A stretch of 64,000 nucleotides of DNA from Salisapilia sapeloensis CBS 127946 (Eukaryota > Protista > Oomycota). This document shows, piece by piece, positions 24,568 to 39,000 of this stretch (position 1 is the first letter of the stretch; each line of letters opens with the position of its first letter). A program made the position numbers and the translations under genes. The DNA lies in contig JAADVB010000069.1 of NCBI GenBank assembly GCA_023334545.1, positions 1 through 64,000 of the forward strand, read 5' to 3'. The notes under the pieces were generated by a model. That model was not told the origin of the DNA. It did not search any database and was given only the letters and a program-made list of their open reading frames with translations.

Positions 24568-25983
24568 TCAATTGTAGTACAAGAGTTTTCCTGCCGGACT
24601 GCAAGGTAAAAAGTCGACTACTTCTAGCTCTAGACCTTGCGATGTACCCACCACACGTTCGCATTGTCTCTTCAGTGCCTCTGTCATCTCTCCATCCTCT
24701 GTGACGACTTTCACACGGACGATCGAGTCCTCTCTCTGCGTCATCACTAAAGCATCTGTGATAGTATCAATCTCCTTTAACTCTTGCTCCAACGCGTTTG
24801 GATCGATTGTCACACTTGCGTTCAATGTAATTCGAGGTCGAATGCGCTGCTTTAGGCGTACCAACGTCCCGTTCGTACTCGATTCGACCACAACCAAGTC
24901 TGCAGTGGCATGCACGCCACCTTGATGCAGCTCCAACTCTTGGTTTCGAACGTACCCGAGGCTCTGCCAAGGTGTCTTGATCATCGCTTCTCCGTCTCTC
25001 ATCTCATGGTACACGCCTGGCCATAGACTACCTACATACAGCTCACCCGGTTGGGACCTGCGATCAGCATCGAGCTCTTCTTCGATAGATCGGTCGCGGA
25101 TTCCCCATGCAGCAATATTTCCAGTCTCGCTTGAGCCATAGTTCTGGAAGATGTGGATGCCATACTTGGACTGCGTGGACTGGAACAAGGCAGGACTCAG
25201 CTTACTGCCAGCACTGAACGGTATGTCAACGTGGAAAGGAACACTAGGATAAGTATTGGACTGTAGCTGTGTGTACGTCGCAGGTGTCGCGAATAGGACC
25301 CGTTTAAAAGACGTTGACTCGGACAGTAACGAGTGCAGTTGGTCTGTCGAAGGGAAGACGAGTTCACTTTGAGCATCGTGCGGAGAGGTGAGTAGAGAAA
25401 ATAGAGCATTGATGCTGTACGCGTGAGATATGGAGGTGCAGCAGACGAGTTGAGCGGGGGTAGATGGAAATAAAGACTTTTGTGTACTGTGACCTTGGCA
25501 GAGCATCGCGTCCCACGTATTCATGACTACTTTTGCTTGGGAAATACTGCCAGAGGTGAGCATTCCTAGTCCTCCATTACCCTTTAAAGCTGCATGACCC
25601 GACCAGGATGACGATGGAGAAGCACCATCCTCCACATGTATGGATTGGGTAGACGAGTCTGGCGTGACAACCGTCGAGATACCTGTCTGCTGTTTGGCGT
25701 GTTCAAGCAAATGCAAACGAGATCGACTGAGCATAATACAAACACAGTCTAGTTGGTGTGCTGCTAAGATGCATGATACGCTAGTGGCATCATTGTCTAC
25801 GATAAGGATGAAACGACTATGTCTCTCAAGCTTCGCATCCGCCAGCAAGGATAGACCCATGGGAAGATATTTGGCTCGAAGACCACCTTGTAATACTTGC
25901 ATAGGCTCTTGCTTCATTCCATTTGTTCTATCCGCTGAAAGTAGTGTAAGAGCACCATTCCGAACGCCTAGGCGAGGCGCCAT
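24568..25983 (-). CDS. Stand-alone AMP-binding (ANL superfamily) adenylate-forming enzyme
   Basis: Intronless. Degenerate A3 LTSGSISQAKVV, SISHAYS, A5 NYGSSETG, A7 ATADL, A10 PCSPAGKL at the very C-terminus. First in-frame ATG is at 25983. Confidence 0.75.
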   Translation of the reverse strand: MAPRLGVRNGALTLLSADRTNGMKQEPMQVLQGGLRAKYLPMGLSLLADAKLERHSRFILIVDNDATSVSCILAAHQLDCVCIMLSRSRLHLLEHAKQQTGISTVVTPDSSTQSIHVEDGASPSSSWSGHAALKGNGGLGMLTSGSISQAKVVMNTWDAMLCQGHSTQKSLFPSTPAQLVCCTSISHAYSINALFSLLTSPHDAQSELVFPSTDQLHSLLSESTSFKRVLFATPATYTQLQSNTYPSVPFHVDIPFSAGSKLSPALFQSTQSKYGIHIFQNYGSSETGNIAAWGIRDRSIEEELDADRRSQPGELYVGSLWPGVYHEMRDGEAMIKTPWQSLGYVRNQELELHQGGVHATADLVVVESSTNGTLVRLKQRIRPRITLNASVTIDPNALEQELKEIDTITDALVMTQREDSIVRVKVVTEDGEMTEALKRQCERVVGTSQGLELEVVDFLPCSPAGKLLYYN

Positions 25984-26116
25984 CCTGCATGCACTACGTC
26001 CGAGTATCGTGTCTGCCAATTTGTGGCCACATTGGACGTGATGACGCGCTCTTGGTAAATTATCCGGATGATGACTAAAACCTTGGTTTTAGTTAAATGC
26101 GCACTTGGACACTAAA

Positions 26117-28622
26117 ATGACAACGAAGAGCTCGATGACGTCTTCCGGTCGCTTTTGCTTCGATGAGGCTGCATTTGCGGCAGATGAGTTCGATATAAAT
26201 GCATTTCTGGAAGACATGCGTACAGACCATCCAATGGAAACGATTCATCACGACCTGCAGCAATTTCAAACGTCGCTGGAGAACCAGGTAACAAGACAAG
26301 AAGATCGATAGAGATACAAAGACGTTTATTGTTATTGTAGCTCGTAGCGATCATCAATCGAGACTATGCAGAGTTTCTCCAGCTATCATCCAAGCTGCGA
26401 GGTGTGGATGAAGCGGTCTCAAATGTCCGTTCTCCCATCTTAGCCATCCTCGAGCGTGTCGAACAAGTCCAATCGGCCATGGTTTATATCTACGAATAAC
26501 ATGCTATTTAATACATTCGAGTGACTCGAAGCTGTAGACCAAATTGCGTTCGAGAATTCAAGAAAAGGAAACATCCTTTGTCGATCTGGACAAGCAGGAG
26601 AGTGACCTAAACTTTCGTCTGCAGTATGTCTTTCCACCATGCAATATCTACCGAGTGATGCCTAATTGAATGCAAAATAGCATTTCAGATACAATCTTTA
26701 AGCTTGAAAATCTACTTGAGCTGAACTCGGATGTTGACGATGACATTCAAAACGACGATGGTACTGGAAGCGAACAGGATGAAGCGTTTGACAATTTTGA
26801 CCAGATCAAGAAGCAGCTACGAGAGACGAGTGCAGAAGAAAATTGCGCTGCTTTAGAACATGCTGCTCGTGGTATCGTCCATCTAGAGCATGAATTAAGT
26901 ACCTCTCCCCAGCACCTGCACCTTCAAGTACGTCTATTGCTTTTATCATTCTAGTAGCATCACTCATGTGCTTGTAGCGTGAAGAAAAGCAGCTACAGTT
27001 CTTGGAAGATGCACTGCTAAGTCGCTTAGAAGCGGAATTGTCCACCGAAATTGTTCCGGACTCGTTCTATCGTCGTGAGCATCAGCTAAACGCAAAAGCA
27101 ATTAGCTCTCTCTTGCATGCCTATGTACTACTCGACCAGTCGAAACTTCCGGAAGAAATGATTGCTCGACTGATCGTCATCCCATTTGCCGAAACAAGTC
27201 TCACTCGAAGTAAATTGGACGACAAGGTCCGAAACTCTTGCCAGGGGCTACCTCAAGTATACGCTTCTATCCTAGACTTTATCTCTTCCAAATTTGGACA
27301 AATGCTACAGGATCCTATCACTCAAGGTTTCTCCAAGAAAGAGAGTGTAGATTTGCTTGGTAACTGTATCTGGGGCACTTTGTCCACGTATCTGAGCGAT
27401 AAATTCGGCTCGAGTCTCTTTCGAACGGCAGATCCAGACCAGTTTCATCGCACGTACAAGACGTCTTGTGTTTTTCTAGACGATATGACAGATAGATTCT
27501 GTGCTGACACAAGTATGAAGGAACGATTTAAAGCACATGAAAGTGTGACCTTGTTCTTGGAAAAGTGGAACATGGACGTGTACTTTCAACTGCGTTTCAC
27601 CCAGATCTCGACTGTCCTAGAGACGTCGTATGAAGGAACAGCACAGCTAGAGGAAAATGACACGTCGTATCACTTCCAAAGCTCCAATGCTTTAATCCAA
27701 GCTATGAGAAGCTGCTATGACGAAACGATTTTTCTACTCCCAGTACTACCAAAGCTTGTCAAGTTAAACGTTCAGCTTTTCGAAAGTTTTGTGCTAGTGT
27801 GGAAAGAAGAGGTGGCAAAAGGACGAGAGAGCAAGTGGTTAGAGAAGGAGGAGGATGTAATGAAAGCTGGGAGCGACTTTAGTCAGCTGAAACAAGAGGT
27901 GGAAGAGGTTATTGTGCCGATCGTACAGCAGCATGTGAAGGAGTTCACGGATGATGCAGAGACGTTCGTGATACAGCTTTTCCAAGCGTCAATTAGTGCT
28001 TTAAAGGAGATGGAGACGAGATGCTGGGAAGTGGCAGTCACTAGTATCACGGAAGAATGTAAGAAGGTGGTGCCAGCCTTGCGTACGGTCAAGGGACAGT
28101 ATCAGATGACGAAGAAACCTCCGCCGACAACTGCATCCACCTATGTCGTGAACATTGTCAGGTACATCAAAGCAACACTGCTGCACTATTAACAGCTAAT
28201 GGTATGGAAATGATAGACCTATGGAGCGATTTTTAAACGATTGGGGACAGCACTTTAGTGACGACCAGCACCATCACTTCTTATCTTCAGTCTGTGAAAG
28301 TATCTGCGAAGCCTTTGGATCTGTCTCGAAAGACCTATTGAAAGCAGCAGTGGAACTGGAAGAGTCGCTAAAGTCACGCAAAAGACATTCAGGTAAAACG
28401 TTCTCGTCGGAAGCGGCATCGAGTGACATGTCCGACGCAACAAAGATGAAGCTACAGCTCCAACTGGATTTCCAGGACCTCCATCGGTACTCTACTTCAT
28501 CAAGTCTTGATATGAATAGTAGATGTCTCATCTCGACTTGTAGACGCATTCAAGAGCTTGGATTTAACCTGGAAGAGTGCTCGTCCTACGCCATGACGGC
28601 CAGCGTACTTGAAGATGAGTAG
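26117..28622 (+). CDS. COG2: Conserved oligomeric Golgi complex subunit 2; multi-exon
   Basis: FCFDEAAF...FDINAFL, LVAIINRDYAEFLQLSSKLRGVD, PDQFHRTY, FLEKWNMDVYFQLRF, ASTYVVNIV and LEESLKSRK. Confidence 0.88.
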
Positions 28623-28679
28623 AATCTGATAATGAATGGCACATGAGTGGTACAATGACACAATCGTTGACAATTTGAT

Positions 28680-30155
28680 ATGAAAGGGGCGGACGGTCCT
28701 TATTGGTTCTGGACGTTGTCTGTAGCGGCAGCTACATTGTCTCTATGGAAGCTGCTACAGCTCGCTGGTGCCCATCTCTGTAATAGAAAGTCACTACAGG
28801 TTCGAGATGGCTCTGGTTTTGCTGGACTCGTTGGAGCTACGCCATTGATAGAGCTCAAGACCCTGTCGAAAGCTACTGGCTGCACTATTCTCGTACGGAC
28901 TGAAGACATTACAAGTGTCATGCTTGATATTGACTATTTTTGTTATCATAGGCAAAAGCAGAGTTTATGAATCCAGGTGGAAGTTCGAAAGACCGAGTGG
29001 CGAAAGGGATAGTTGAAGAGGCTGAGCGGCAAGGACTGTTACGTGCTGGTGGAACTATCATCGAAGGCACATCTGGGAGTACTGGGATTAGTCTCTCACT
29101 CATGGCGAGATCTCGAGGGTATAAGTGTATCATCGTCATGCCGGATGATCAAGCACGTGAAAAGTCCGAATTACTGGAACAGTTTGGCGCCAACGTAAAG
29201 CTAGTCAAGCCAGCTTCGATCGTCAACGCTGGCCACTACGTCAATGAAGCCAAACGTCTAGCTCAAAAAGCTGATGGTTCGTCTTTTGGATGTTATATGC
29301 TGGTTGACACGAGTACTGATGCTTCTTGCAGGAGGCTTTTACGCCAACCAGTTCGAGAACCTTGCTAATTTGAAAGTCCATTACAATACGACTGGTCCTG
29401 AAATATGGGCGCAGACAGACGGACATTTAGATGCTTTCGTCATGTCTGCAGGTATATATCTAAAGATAAATCTACATATATTGCATATATTGACCTCATT
29501 GTGCGTCCGTCGTAGGCACTGGAGGCACCATTGCTGGCGTATCAAAATATTTGAAAGAGATGTGTGAATCCGTCAAAGTTGTACTAGCAGATCCACCAGG
29601 ATCTAGTCTCTACAATAAGGTTCGTCTATGCATCAATTCTCATGGCTCTTTACATATTTGACAATCTCCATATTTACTTCTTTGCATAGGTTCGAAGCAA
29701 CGTTTGCTACGCTCCTCAACAGTCTGAGAAGCGGATTAAAAAGCATCGGTACGTACTGCAAAATAAAACAAGGGGACATTTTTGACAGGGTTGTGGATAG
29801 GTACGACACAATCGCTGAAGGCATCGGTATCGATCGCCTCACAGCCAACTTCATGGAAGCCAAGGTCGATGATGCGTACCGCGTGATGGACCAGGAGGCT
29901 GTAGATATGTCTCGGTACTTGCTGTCGCAAGAAGGCCTGTTCCTTGGTAGCTCTAGCGCAGTTAACTGCGTTGCTGCCATACGAACTGCGAGGCAGATGG
30001 GTCCAGGTCATACGATCGTTACCGTGCTTTGTGACTCTGGCCAGCGACACTTAACCAAGTTTTGGAACAATGCATACTTGAAAGAGCAATGGGGGCTAGA
30101 GGCCACGGACGTCACTAGTCTCGACTTCCTTAACCACAGTGACGGTCAGCCTTGA
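28680..30155 (+). CDS. Cysteine synthase-like PLP enzyme (Cys12/Mcy1 type) with N-terminal hydrophobic anchor; multi-exon
   Basis: GLVGATPLIELKTLS, MNPGGSSKDRVA (PLP Lys), EGTSGSTGISL, FYANQFENLAN, SAGTGGTIAG, AEGIGIDRLTANF, EGLFLGSSSAVN and LCDSGQRH. Confidence 0.9.
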
Positions 30156-30220
30156 GAATACAAACGAGAACATGCTGGCTATTCGGTACGACTGTCTTTT
30201 TTTCTCTTGTCACTGGATAT

Positions 30221-32368
<2,148 letters not shown>

Positions 32369-32406
32369 TTATATTTATCCAACCAAAGTAGCTCTAAATC
32401 TGACTA

Positions 32407-35361
32407 TTACTTCAACATAGGTGAACCAGACGCCGAGGTCACGTTCGCGACGGAGTTGTTAAAAACAGCTCCAGGCGCAACGGTGTCCATACCGTATTTG
32501 TCGAAAATAGCCCTTTGGATGCGGGGATCTTCATTAGGGTCAGTCATTGCGCTTTCAAGCAGGTTCGTGTAGAAGTCCTGCAAAACACGATCTTGAAGGG
32601 TATCGCCCATAAACACCGCTTCCTCCACTTCACTCAGCAACTCGCTTGGAGTTATCGGACTCAGACTGCCTAGTCTTACAACTCGTTCCAATCCGGGGCT
32701 GAGAGCAGATAGAATTGCTTGTTCCCGAATATTCAGTATCAGTTTGTCAATGTCTACGTTCTCTCGGCCCAGGCATTCATACATCATGTTTGGTTCGTCA
32801 CAATCCCACACAGGATCAAAGCTCATGATTTGCAAGTACGACGCGTACGTTTCAGGGTCTGGAAAGATGCCCTCGTCAGCTCGTATCACACGCTTAATTA
32901 CTTTTAGAGCACGTAGTTGGTCTTCTTTCGATACCAACTCCGCTTCGTATCTATCATCACCTTGCTTTTTATGTGCGTGAGTATTGTAGACACCTCCAAA
33001 CATCGGTTCCACGTTATCAAGTGCTCCTCTAACCAGTTTTAATATTCCTCGCTCGCGTCGCCAAAGTTGAGTCCATGATGCGTCCACAGCTAAAGTTTTC
33101 ATTGCATTTGCTCTCCATATCGGCGCAAAGTTGAGACGATCGTCAGCAAAGTTTACGGTATCATTAGACAAATCGAATTCTTGAGCGAGCGGATTTGTTT
33201 GCAGCACAACATCTTCGTCTGTTAAGAAGAGAGGCGCCGTTGAAGCGATTCTTGTTAGTTCTGGGTGCTTGTAACCTGGATTCTCATCTTCAATACGCGA
33301 GTATCCGTATGCAATTGCAGCTTTGTCGTAAGCACCAACTTTTGTCATGTAAAAGATGTGCTCGTTACTGAGGATCTGTTCCGCAGTCAAATCTGAGAAG
33401 ATGTTTACTGGGATGTAGTCCATCACAGTGGAAGATAGCCCATGGTCTTGTAGATACTCCGTGTTGCCCAGTTGTTCTCGAGAAATTCCACTCGAGCCAC
33501 CAAAGTTATGCCGAAGGCCCAGCGTATGTCCGACTTCATGCATGACGATATGCATAAAATACCGAGCAACGACCCAGTCTGGAAGAATAGTACTGTTCTT
33601 ATCACCTTCCTGCATCATTGCACGTTCCCACTCCATACCCAACAGAAGTCGGTCTTCTTGCGACTGCTTAGCAGATCCGAGACCACACTTCCTATGCTTT
33701 CCATGTGGATCAATTTGCAAATGAGCACCTTGTGCATCAAACTTTGTTTGCTTATTTTGTGCTTCTTTCCATGTCCTTTTCGTTAATGGCGAATCTTGCA
33801 GGTCTGCGACCGAATCAACGACTGGAGACCTCAAAGCAAAATCACTGACGACGTCATTGAAAAACCCATACTCAAATCGGATCATGCTATGCAGAATCTC
33901 ACCACTTCTTGGGTCAGAGACGGAAGTACCAATAGCATAAACTGTGTCCGACAACATGACTGAGATGGAATTGTATCGGATGTCACCAAGCTTATAGTCC
34001 GTTGGCCAGTCATCATCTCCGGGTAAGATGGCTTTGACAGCATTATCTAAGCCAATCTCTTTGAAGGCCACATTCCAAGCTTCCACACCGTCTGCAAAAC
34101 TCCTTCTCCATCGCTCTGGAACAGACGGGTCGATATAGTAGCGAATTGGTTCAGTAACCTCACCGGACTGTTCATCGACACCAATGCGAGCACGCTGAAT
34201 ATAAGTCATCTTCTTGTCCATCGTGCTCAATGCATTTTCTCCAACAGTTCGATTCTTGTCATGTGGGTAGGCAGCGTACCGGGCATAACGTGTCGAAAAG
34301 TATCCAATACGATCATCGGCAATACGCTGAGGCATGACTTCTTCGGGCAGTAAAGCAATGCCATATGCAACGATGGCAGAACCAGTTTCGAGCTCATATG
34401 CTAATTCCAAGTATGTGTTCCTGTTGTAGTACGCGCTGTTTTGCTCATCTACGGTGTAGGAAGAGCTAAAGAGTAGCGTGGACACCATGAATCCATTGGA
34501 AAGTAGTGGCTGCGCGTCGATGTAGTATGAGTTCTCGTCTTCCTGTAGTACGCTCAAGTAAAGCGAACGACCGGGCCACATGTTGTTATCAAAAGCTTCC
34601 TTTAAGTCATCGTCTTCCGAGTCGAGTCTGGATGTATAGATGTCACGTACGAGCGCCATGGTATAGCCATTATCAATCAGCTCGAAGTGAAAGGCGTATT
34701 CGTACGTTTCGAGCAGGTCAGCTCCAGCTTCCAATCCAGCTTGAGGAGGCGCAGAATGCTTTACTATGGTTGGAGCTACGATGAAAGCACTTTGGTACAA
34801 AGATTTGTTCAGGACAAAAGATTCGACGCCAAGATCCCAGCTATATGTGATGAATGGAAGTGGAGCTTTGGAAAGTGAGACGGTGTCGATAACCTCCGTA
34901 TCGTAGTTAGAAATGTCATCAGAGTTTGTGTCGCTTGCTGTGTTGTAGCCGTTTTCACTGCTGTTGTTTGACTCGTTTTGCGGCGACATGTAATGCGAAA
35001 CGAGTCCTACTGCTGCGAAAATGCCAGTAAGCATGGTAAACGTAGTGATCAGAAACAATGCTCGCTTTGGTGGAGCTCGAAATTGGCGAAAAGAGGAGCC
35101 CAAGTCCGAGCGAGAGTCATCATCGTCTCGGTCGCGTACTACTGACGGATGTAAAAACGGTATTGCTGGGACAACATGCGCATTTTTCATCGTTGGAAGC
35201 ATTACTGGGGTAGCATTAACCGCATTATACTCCTCAGGCCCATTATCTTTACTCTCCTCCTCTTCTTGCGGATCGACATATTCCAGATCAATGCGATAAT
35301 TGTCGTCTTGGTCATCCGCATCCTCGGATTCCATGCGATGATGTCTCATCGGCGACATCAT
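32407..35361 (-). CDS. Zn-dependent metzincin of bacterial DUF5117/DUF4953 (EcxA-like) type with N-terminal TM helix
   Basis: Intronless, 984 aa. RIADDRIGYF, IRYYIDPSVPERWR, DIRYNSI, SDPRSGEIL, HEVGHTLGLRH (HExxHxxGxxH) and Met-turn STVMDY. TM segment ALFLITTFTMLTGIFAAVGLV. Confidence 0.85.
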   Translation of the reverse strand: MMSPMRHHRMESEDADDQDDNYRIDLEYVDPQEEEESKDNGPEEYNAVNATPVMLPTMKNAHVVPAIPFLHPSVVRDRDDDDSRSDLGSSFRQFRAPPKRALFLITTFTMLTGIFAAVGLVSHYMSPQNESNNSSENGYNTASDTNSDDISNYDTEVIDTVSLSKAPLPFITYSWDLGVESFVLNKSLYQSAFIVAPTIVKHSAPPQAGLEAGADLLETYEYAFHFELIDNGYTMALVRDIYTSRLDSEDDDLKEAFDNNMWPGRSLYLSVLQEDENSYYIDAQPLLSNGFMVSTLLFSSSYTVDEQNSAYYNRNTYLELAYELETGSAIVAYGIALLPEEVMPQRIADDRIGYFSTRYARYAAYPHDKNRTVGENALSTMDKKMTYIQRARIGVDEQSGEVTEPIRYYIDPSVPERWRRSFADGVEAWNVAFKEIGLDNAVKAILPGDDDWPTDYKLGDIRYNSISVMLSDTVYAIGTSVSDPRSGEILHSMIRFEYGFFNDVVSDFALRSPVVDSVADLQDSPLTKRTWKEAQNKQTKFDAQGAHLQIDPHGKHRKCGLGSAKQSQEDRLLLGMEWERAMMQEGDKNSTILPDWVVARYFMHIVMHEVGHTLGLRHNFGGSSGISREQLGNTEYLQDHGLSSTVMDYIPVNIFSDLTAEQILSNEHIFYMTKVGAYDKAAIAYGYSRIEDENPGYKHPELTRIASTAPLFLTDEDVVLQTNPLAQEFDLSNDTVNFADDRLNFAPIWRANAMKTLAVDASWTQLWRRERGILKLVRGALDNVEPMFGGVYNTHAHKKQGDDRYEAELVSKEDQLRALKVIKRVIRADEGIFPDPETYASYLQIMSFDPVWDCDEPNMMYECLGRENVDIDKLILNIREQAILSALSPGLERVVRLGSLSPITPSELLSEVEEAVFMGDTLQDRVLQDFYTNLLESAMTDPNEDPRIQRAIFDKYGMDTVAPGAVFNNSVANVTSASGSPMLK

Positions 35362-35440
35362 GACTACAAAGACTATTGGCGTGCTTTGTCCTCAATCGAA
35401 GTAGCTTATACTAAAGCGATTGGAGATGGGATGGTCAAGC

Positions 35441-35458
35441 TGCGAATTGCTGAATGGT
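35441..35458 (-). promoter_or_regulatory. Oomycete Inr+FPR core promoter of the metalloprotease
   Basis: Minus strand reads ACCATTCAGCAATTCGCA, about 80-95 nt upstream of ATG 35361. Confidence 0.55.
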
Positions 35459-35749
35459 TGAGGAGTTATCAATGCAAACAAGAACAGCTACTATGAGATG
35501 CTGCATTGGTCGAATGAAGATGACAGAATACGAAACGGACAGTAAATGCCATTCTTACTTGAACTCTCTATCTCTTAACTGCGATTGTGCTTTTGAGCAT
35601 GGATTAGCTTCCAAGTTGAAACGATCGTATCGAATTTCTATCACGTCATAATTTGAATGTACCTGAAATTATGTGCTCAATCCACATCTACACATGGCAT
35701 TCGGATAAATTGTACAAACCAAAGAACACAAACACAATAAGCATCAAGG

Positions 35750-35971
35750 ATGATTGAGGTAGTACTCAACGATCGTTTGGGCAAGAAGATTCGCGTCAAA
35801 TGCAACGAAGATGACACTGTCGGGGATCTAAAGAAGCTCGTCGCCGCGCAAGTCGGTACAAGACCGGAGAAGATCCGTATCCAGAAATGGTACACCATCT
35901 ACAAGGACCACATTACGCTGGAAGACTACGAAATCCACGACGGTATGGGACTAGAGCTTTACTACACTTAA
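35750..35971 (+). CDS. UBL5: Ubiquitin-like protein 5 (Hub1)
   Basis: [48 protein letters not shown]...DGMGLELYY. Confidence 0.98.
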   Translation: MIEVVLNDRLGKKIRVKCNEDDTVGDLKKLVAAQVGTRPEKIRIQKWYTIYKDHITLEDYEIHDGMGLELYYT

Positions 35972-36071
35972 GCAATGATCATGAACCAATTTTCATGACG
36001 ATGTGTACTGTTGAGAACGTTGTAATGTTTTATTGTTATTTTATTCACACCAAGCCATCGTCACCATCGTA

Positions 36072-39000
36072 CTAGCTTCTCTCCGTTCCTTTCGGCGGGC
36101 CATAATGATAGCCACCTTGGAACGTCGGCGGTAGCTCCGTGCTTTCGCCCAATGCTTTTAAAATCTTTTCAAGTCGTTGGACAATCTCGTCAAACCCAGG
36201 TCGATCCGACGGTTCTGATCGCCAGCATGACGTCAGCAAGTCGACGTACTCTGCATCGGCGTCGGACGGGACTGGAGGACGGACGTTCTGGCTTATCGTT
36301 TGCTTGTAAAACTTCACCGGGGCCATCCCCAAGAACGGATTTGACGTCCCACCAGCAATCATTTCCCACATCACAATTGCAAAGCTACACACGTACAACA
36401 TTAGACATAGGCATAAATGATAAAAGCCAAGTCGTAGGTACCTCCAGTTGTCTGCTTTGAACGTATATCCGAGGTCTTCATCGACTAGTACCTCCGGAGC
36501 AACCCTACAAAGACACAAGTCAGAGGTATATAATAGGTACACTAAAGGTATATCTTACCATCCAGTAGTACCGCACTGCGTGAATGCAGTCGAGTCTTGG
36601 TCCAGGACTTTGCTAATGCCAAAGTCGGCAACCTTGACACGCCAGTCGTCATCGACCAAAAAGTTGTGTGACTTAATATCTCGATGGATGATCCGTTTCG
36701 AGTGCAGGTACTGGATGCCTCGTGCAGCATCCAGCATCATCCGGACCTTGTACTTCCACGGTATCGTTTCAAAGTTGTTGCTATGAATCACTTCATACAG
36801 ACTCTTGCGAGAACAGTACTCTGTCAGGATAATCAGCTTCGGCTTGGTACATGCACCAATGAACAAGACGATATTCGGGTGCTTAAGCTTCCGGAGCAAA
36901 GCCACTTCCTGTGTGTAGTCCGTCAAGATCTTGTCTGTCAGTCGAACGTATCGGAAGAGTTTCACAGCGACTTCGGCCGTGCCACTGCTACTCATCCAGA
37001 AGCCTCGATACACCGTCGCTGCCTTGCCACACCCGAGCTCATTCGCTCGTCCGCCTAAGATGCGGATACTCTCGTACGGGATTTCGAGGTACTTGTTCTG
37101 AATCTCCAATACGCGTGCTTGTTCCTGTAAGCTCGACACGTCCTGTCCGAGGTCTTGTTCCGACAGATCGGTGGGAGCACCGACACTCGCCGTCCGTCGT
37201 CTGGAATTCTCTGTCGATGCATTCGACGCAGGCCCTGCATCTGCCCAATTCTGTTCTGGAGCTTTCTCTTCTTCTAGTTTCGAAGAGAGCGAGTGGGAGA
37301 GTGAAGGTGCAGGAGCAATGCGTCGACTCGATGGCTGGGAGACAGGTGCTGGTGGTGGAAATCGAGGTGACGTCGGTCCTTCTGACAAGGCAGATGGGGA
37401 TCGAACCAACTCTTTATGTGTCTTTCGTCGAATGAGGAACTGTGTGACGGACAGAATCTTCTTCAGCTCTGCTTCTCGAGCCTTGACGCCTCGTTGGACT
37501 TCATGCCGTCGTTCAGCCGAGAGTGACATGACGTTCGCGCCAATTTTGACTTGCTTCACGAGGTTCACAAGCACAGAGTCATCCCCGTTGGCTGTGTCGT
37601 CGATATGGATCTTGTCTCCGTGACTGAGACCGACGTCTTGCCGTAGCTCTGCTTCATCGTCATCCAACCACGTCGCTTTGGATCCTTGCTGGAAGACACC
37701 GTTTTCAAATTCTTCGATCTGTCGAATCCAAACGATACGTTGACGCTCTTCCGGCACACCAATGTGCAACGCAATCTCCTTTCGTAAGTTTGCAACCGTC
37801 GCATCGTACGATACTTCGATACAGACTGCTGGCTGGACGTCACCAGACGCTTGGATGCACACAGCTCGAACGAGCATGCAGTCGCTATCGACAGCTCGAC
37901 GAACGCGATCTCGTACCGCTTCTTCCGTGATTTCAGACAAGGAGGAAGCAAAGAAATGAACGTGATGGGGAAAAACGCGGTAGATCTCACTACCATGAAT
38001 GTGCGTCGTGATGGCTCGTTGGACTTTCGAGCTTGAATTTGATCCGAAGGAGTCTCGGAAGGATTTAGGAGTGGAGCTACCGTCGTTCGATCGACAGGAC
38101 GGCGGTCCGTTCCAAAAGTCAATGTCGTCGTCGGACATGTAGTCGTTCGACTCGTCGCCATTGCCCTGCCATGTCACAAGAACGTACTTGGATACGATCT
38201 GTCCAGTCCTTCGATGCAACGGAACGTCGACGCGGAGGTAGACATACATGGTGCATCCGTCCTGCAGTATCCGTATGATACCTCCTAAACCTTTTAGAGC
38301 ATACAGTCCCGTCATCCCTTTATCTAAGACGATAAGCAACTGACTACGGTCTTGATTAGCCGTGTCGTAGCCACAGACGACCCAGTTAAACGGCGAATCA
38401 TCCGATCGAATCTCCTGTATCGCAGACTCGACGCCCGGAGCGAACTCTACTTCAGACGTAATGAAGCGACGCGACCAGGAGCGAGGTCTGTGTGGCATTT
38501 GCTCCAACAAATGGTTATCCCTATATATACATTAGAACGAGGAGAGGAGAATAGAATAGAGGTAGGTACATGATGTCATCTGGCTTCTGGACATTGACGT
38601 GAGATGCTGCACCCAAGTGTTTCTATCCTTTTGTCAGTACATGACACTTTATAGATATGACAGGACAACGTACTCGGATGGTGTGGTTAAATTCCGTGTA
38701 CTTAGTTCGTAGGAAAATGGGCAAGTTACGTCCTTTCCAGCAAAACGAAACGTACGTGGGTGGGATACCTTCGACGTCAAAATCGAATCGACAGAGTCCA
38801 TAGCAGAGTCCGGTGGAGGAAAAGAGCTCGGACGGCCATTTCGATTTGTCTGACAAGGATCCTTTGCCGTATGCTGCGACTTTCATCGTGTTCCTCCCTT
38901 CACCTCGTCCCTATTCAATGCATCAGAAAGATACTCTAGACATGGAGACAGCAAGATACGAACCGCAAAGGTGAGTATGACCCACGACGGATTGCCCTTT

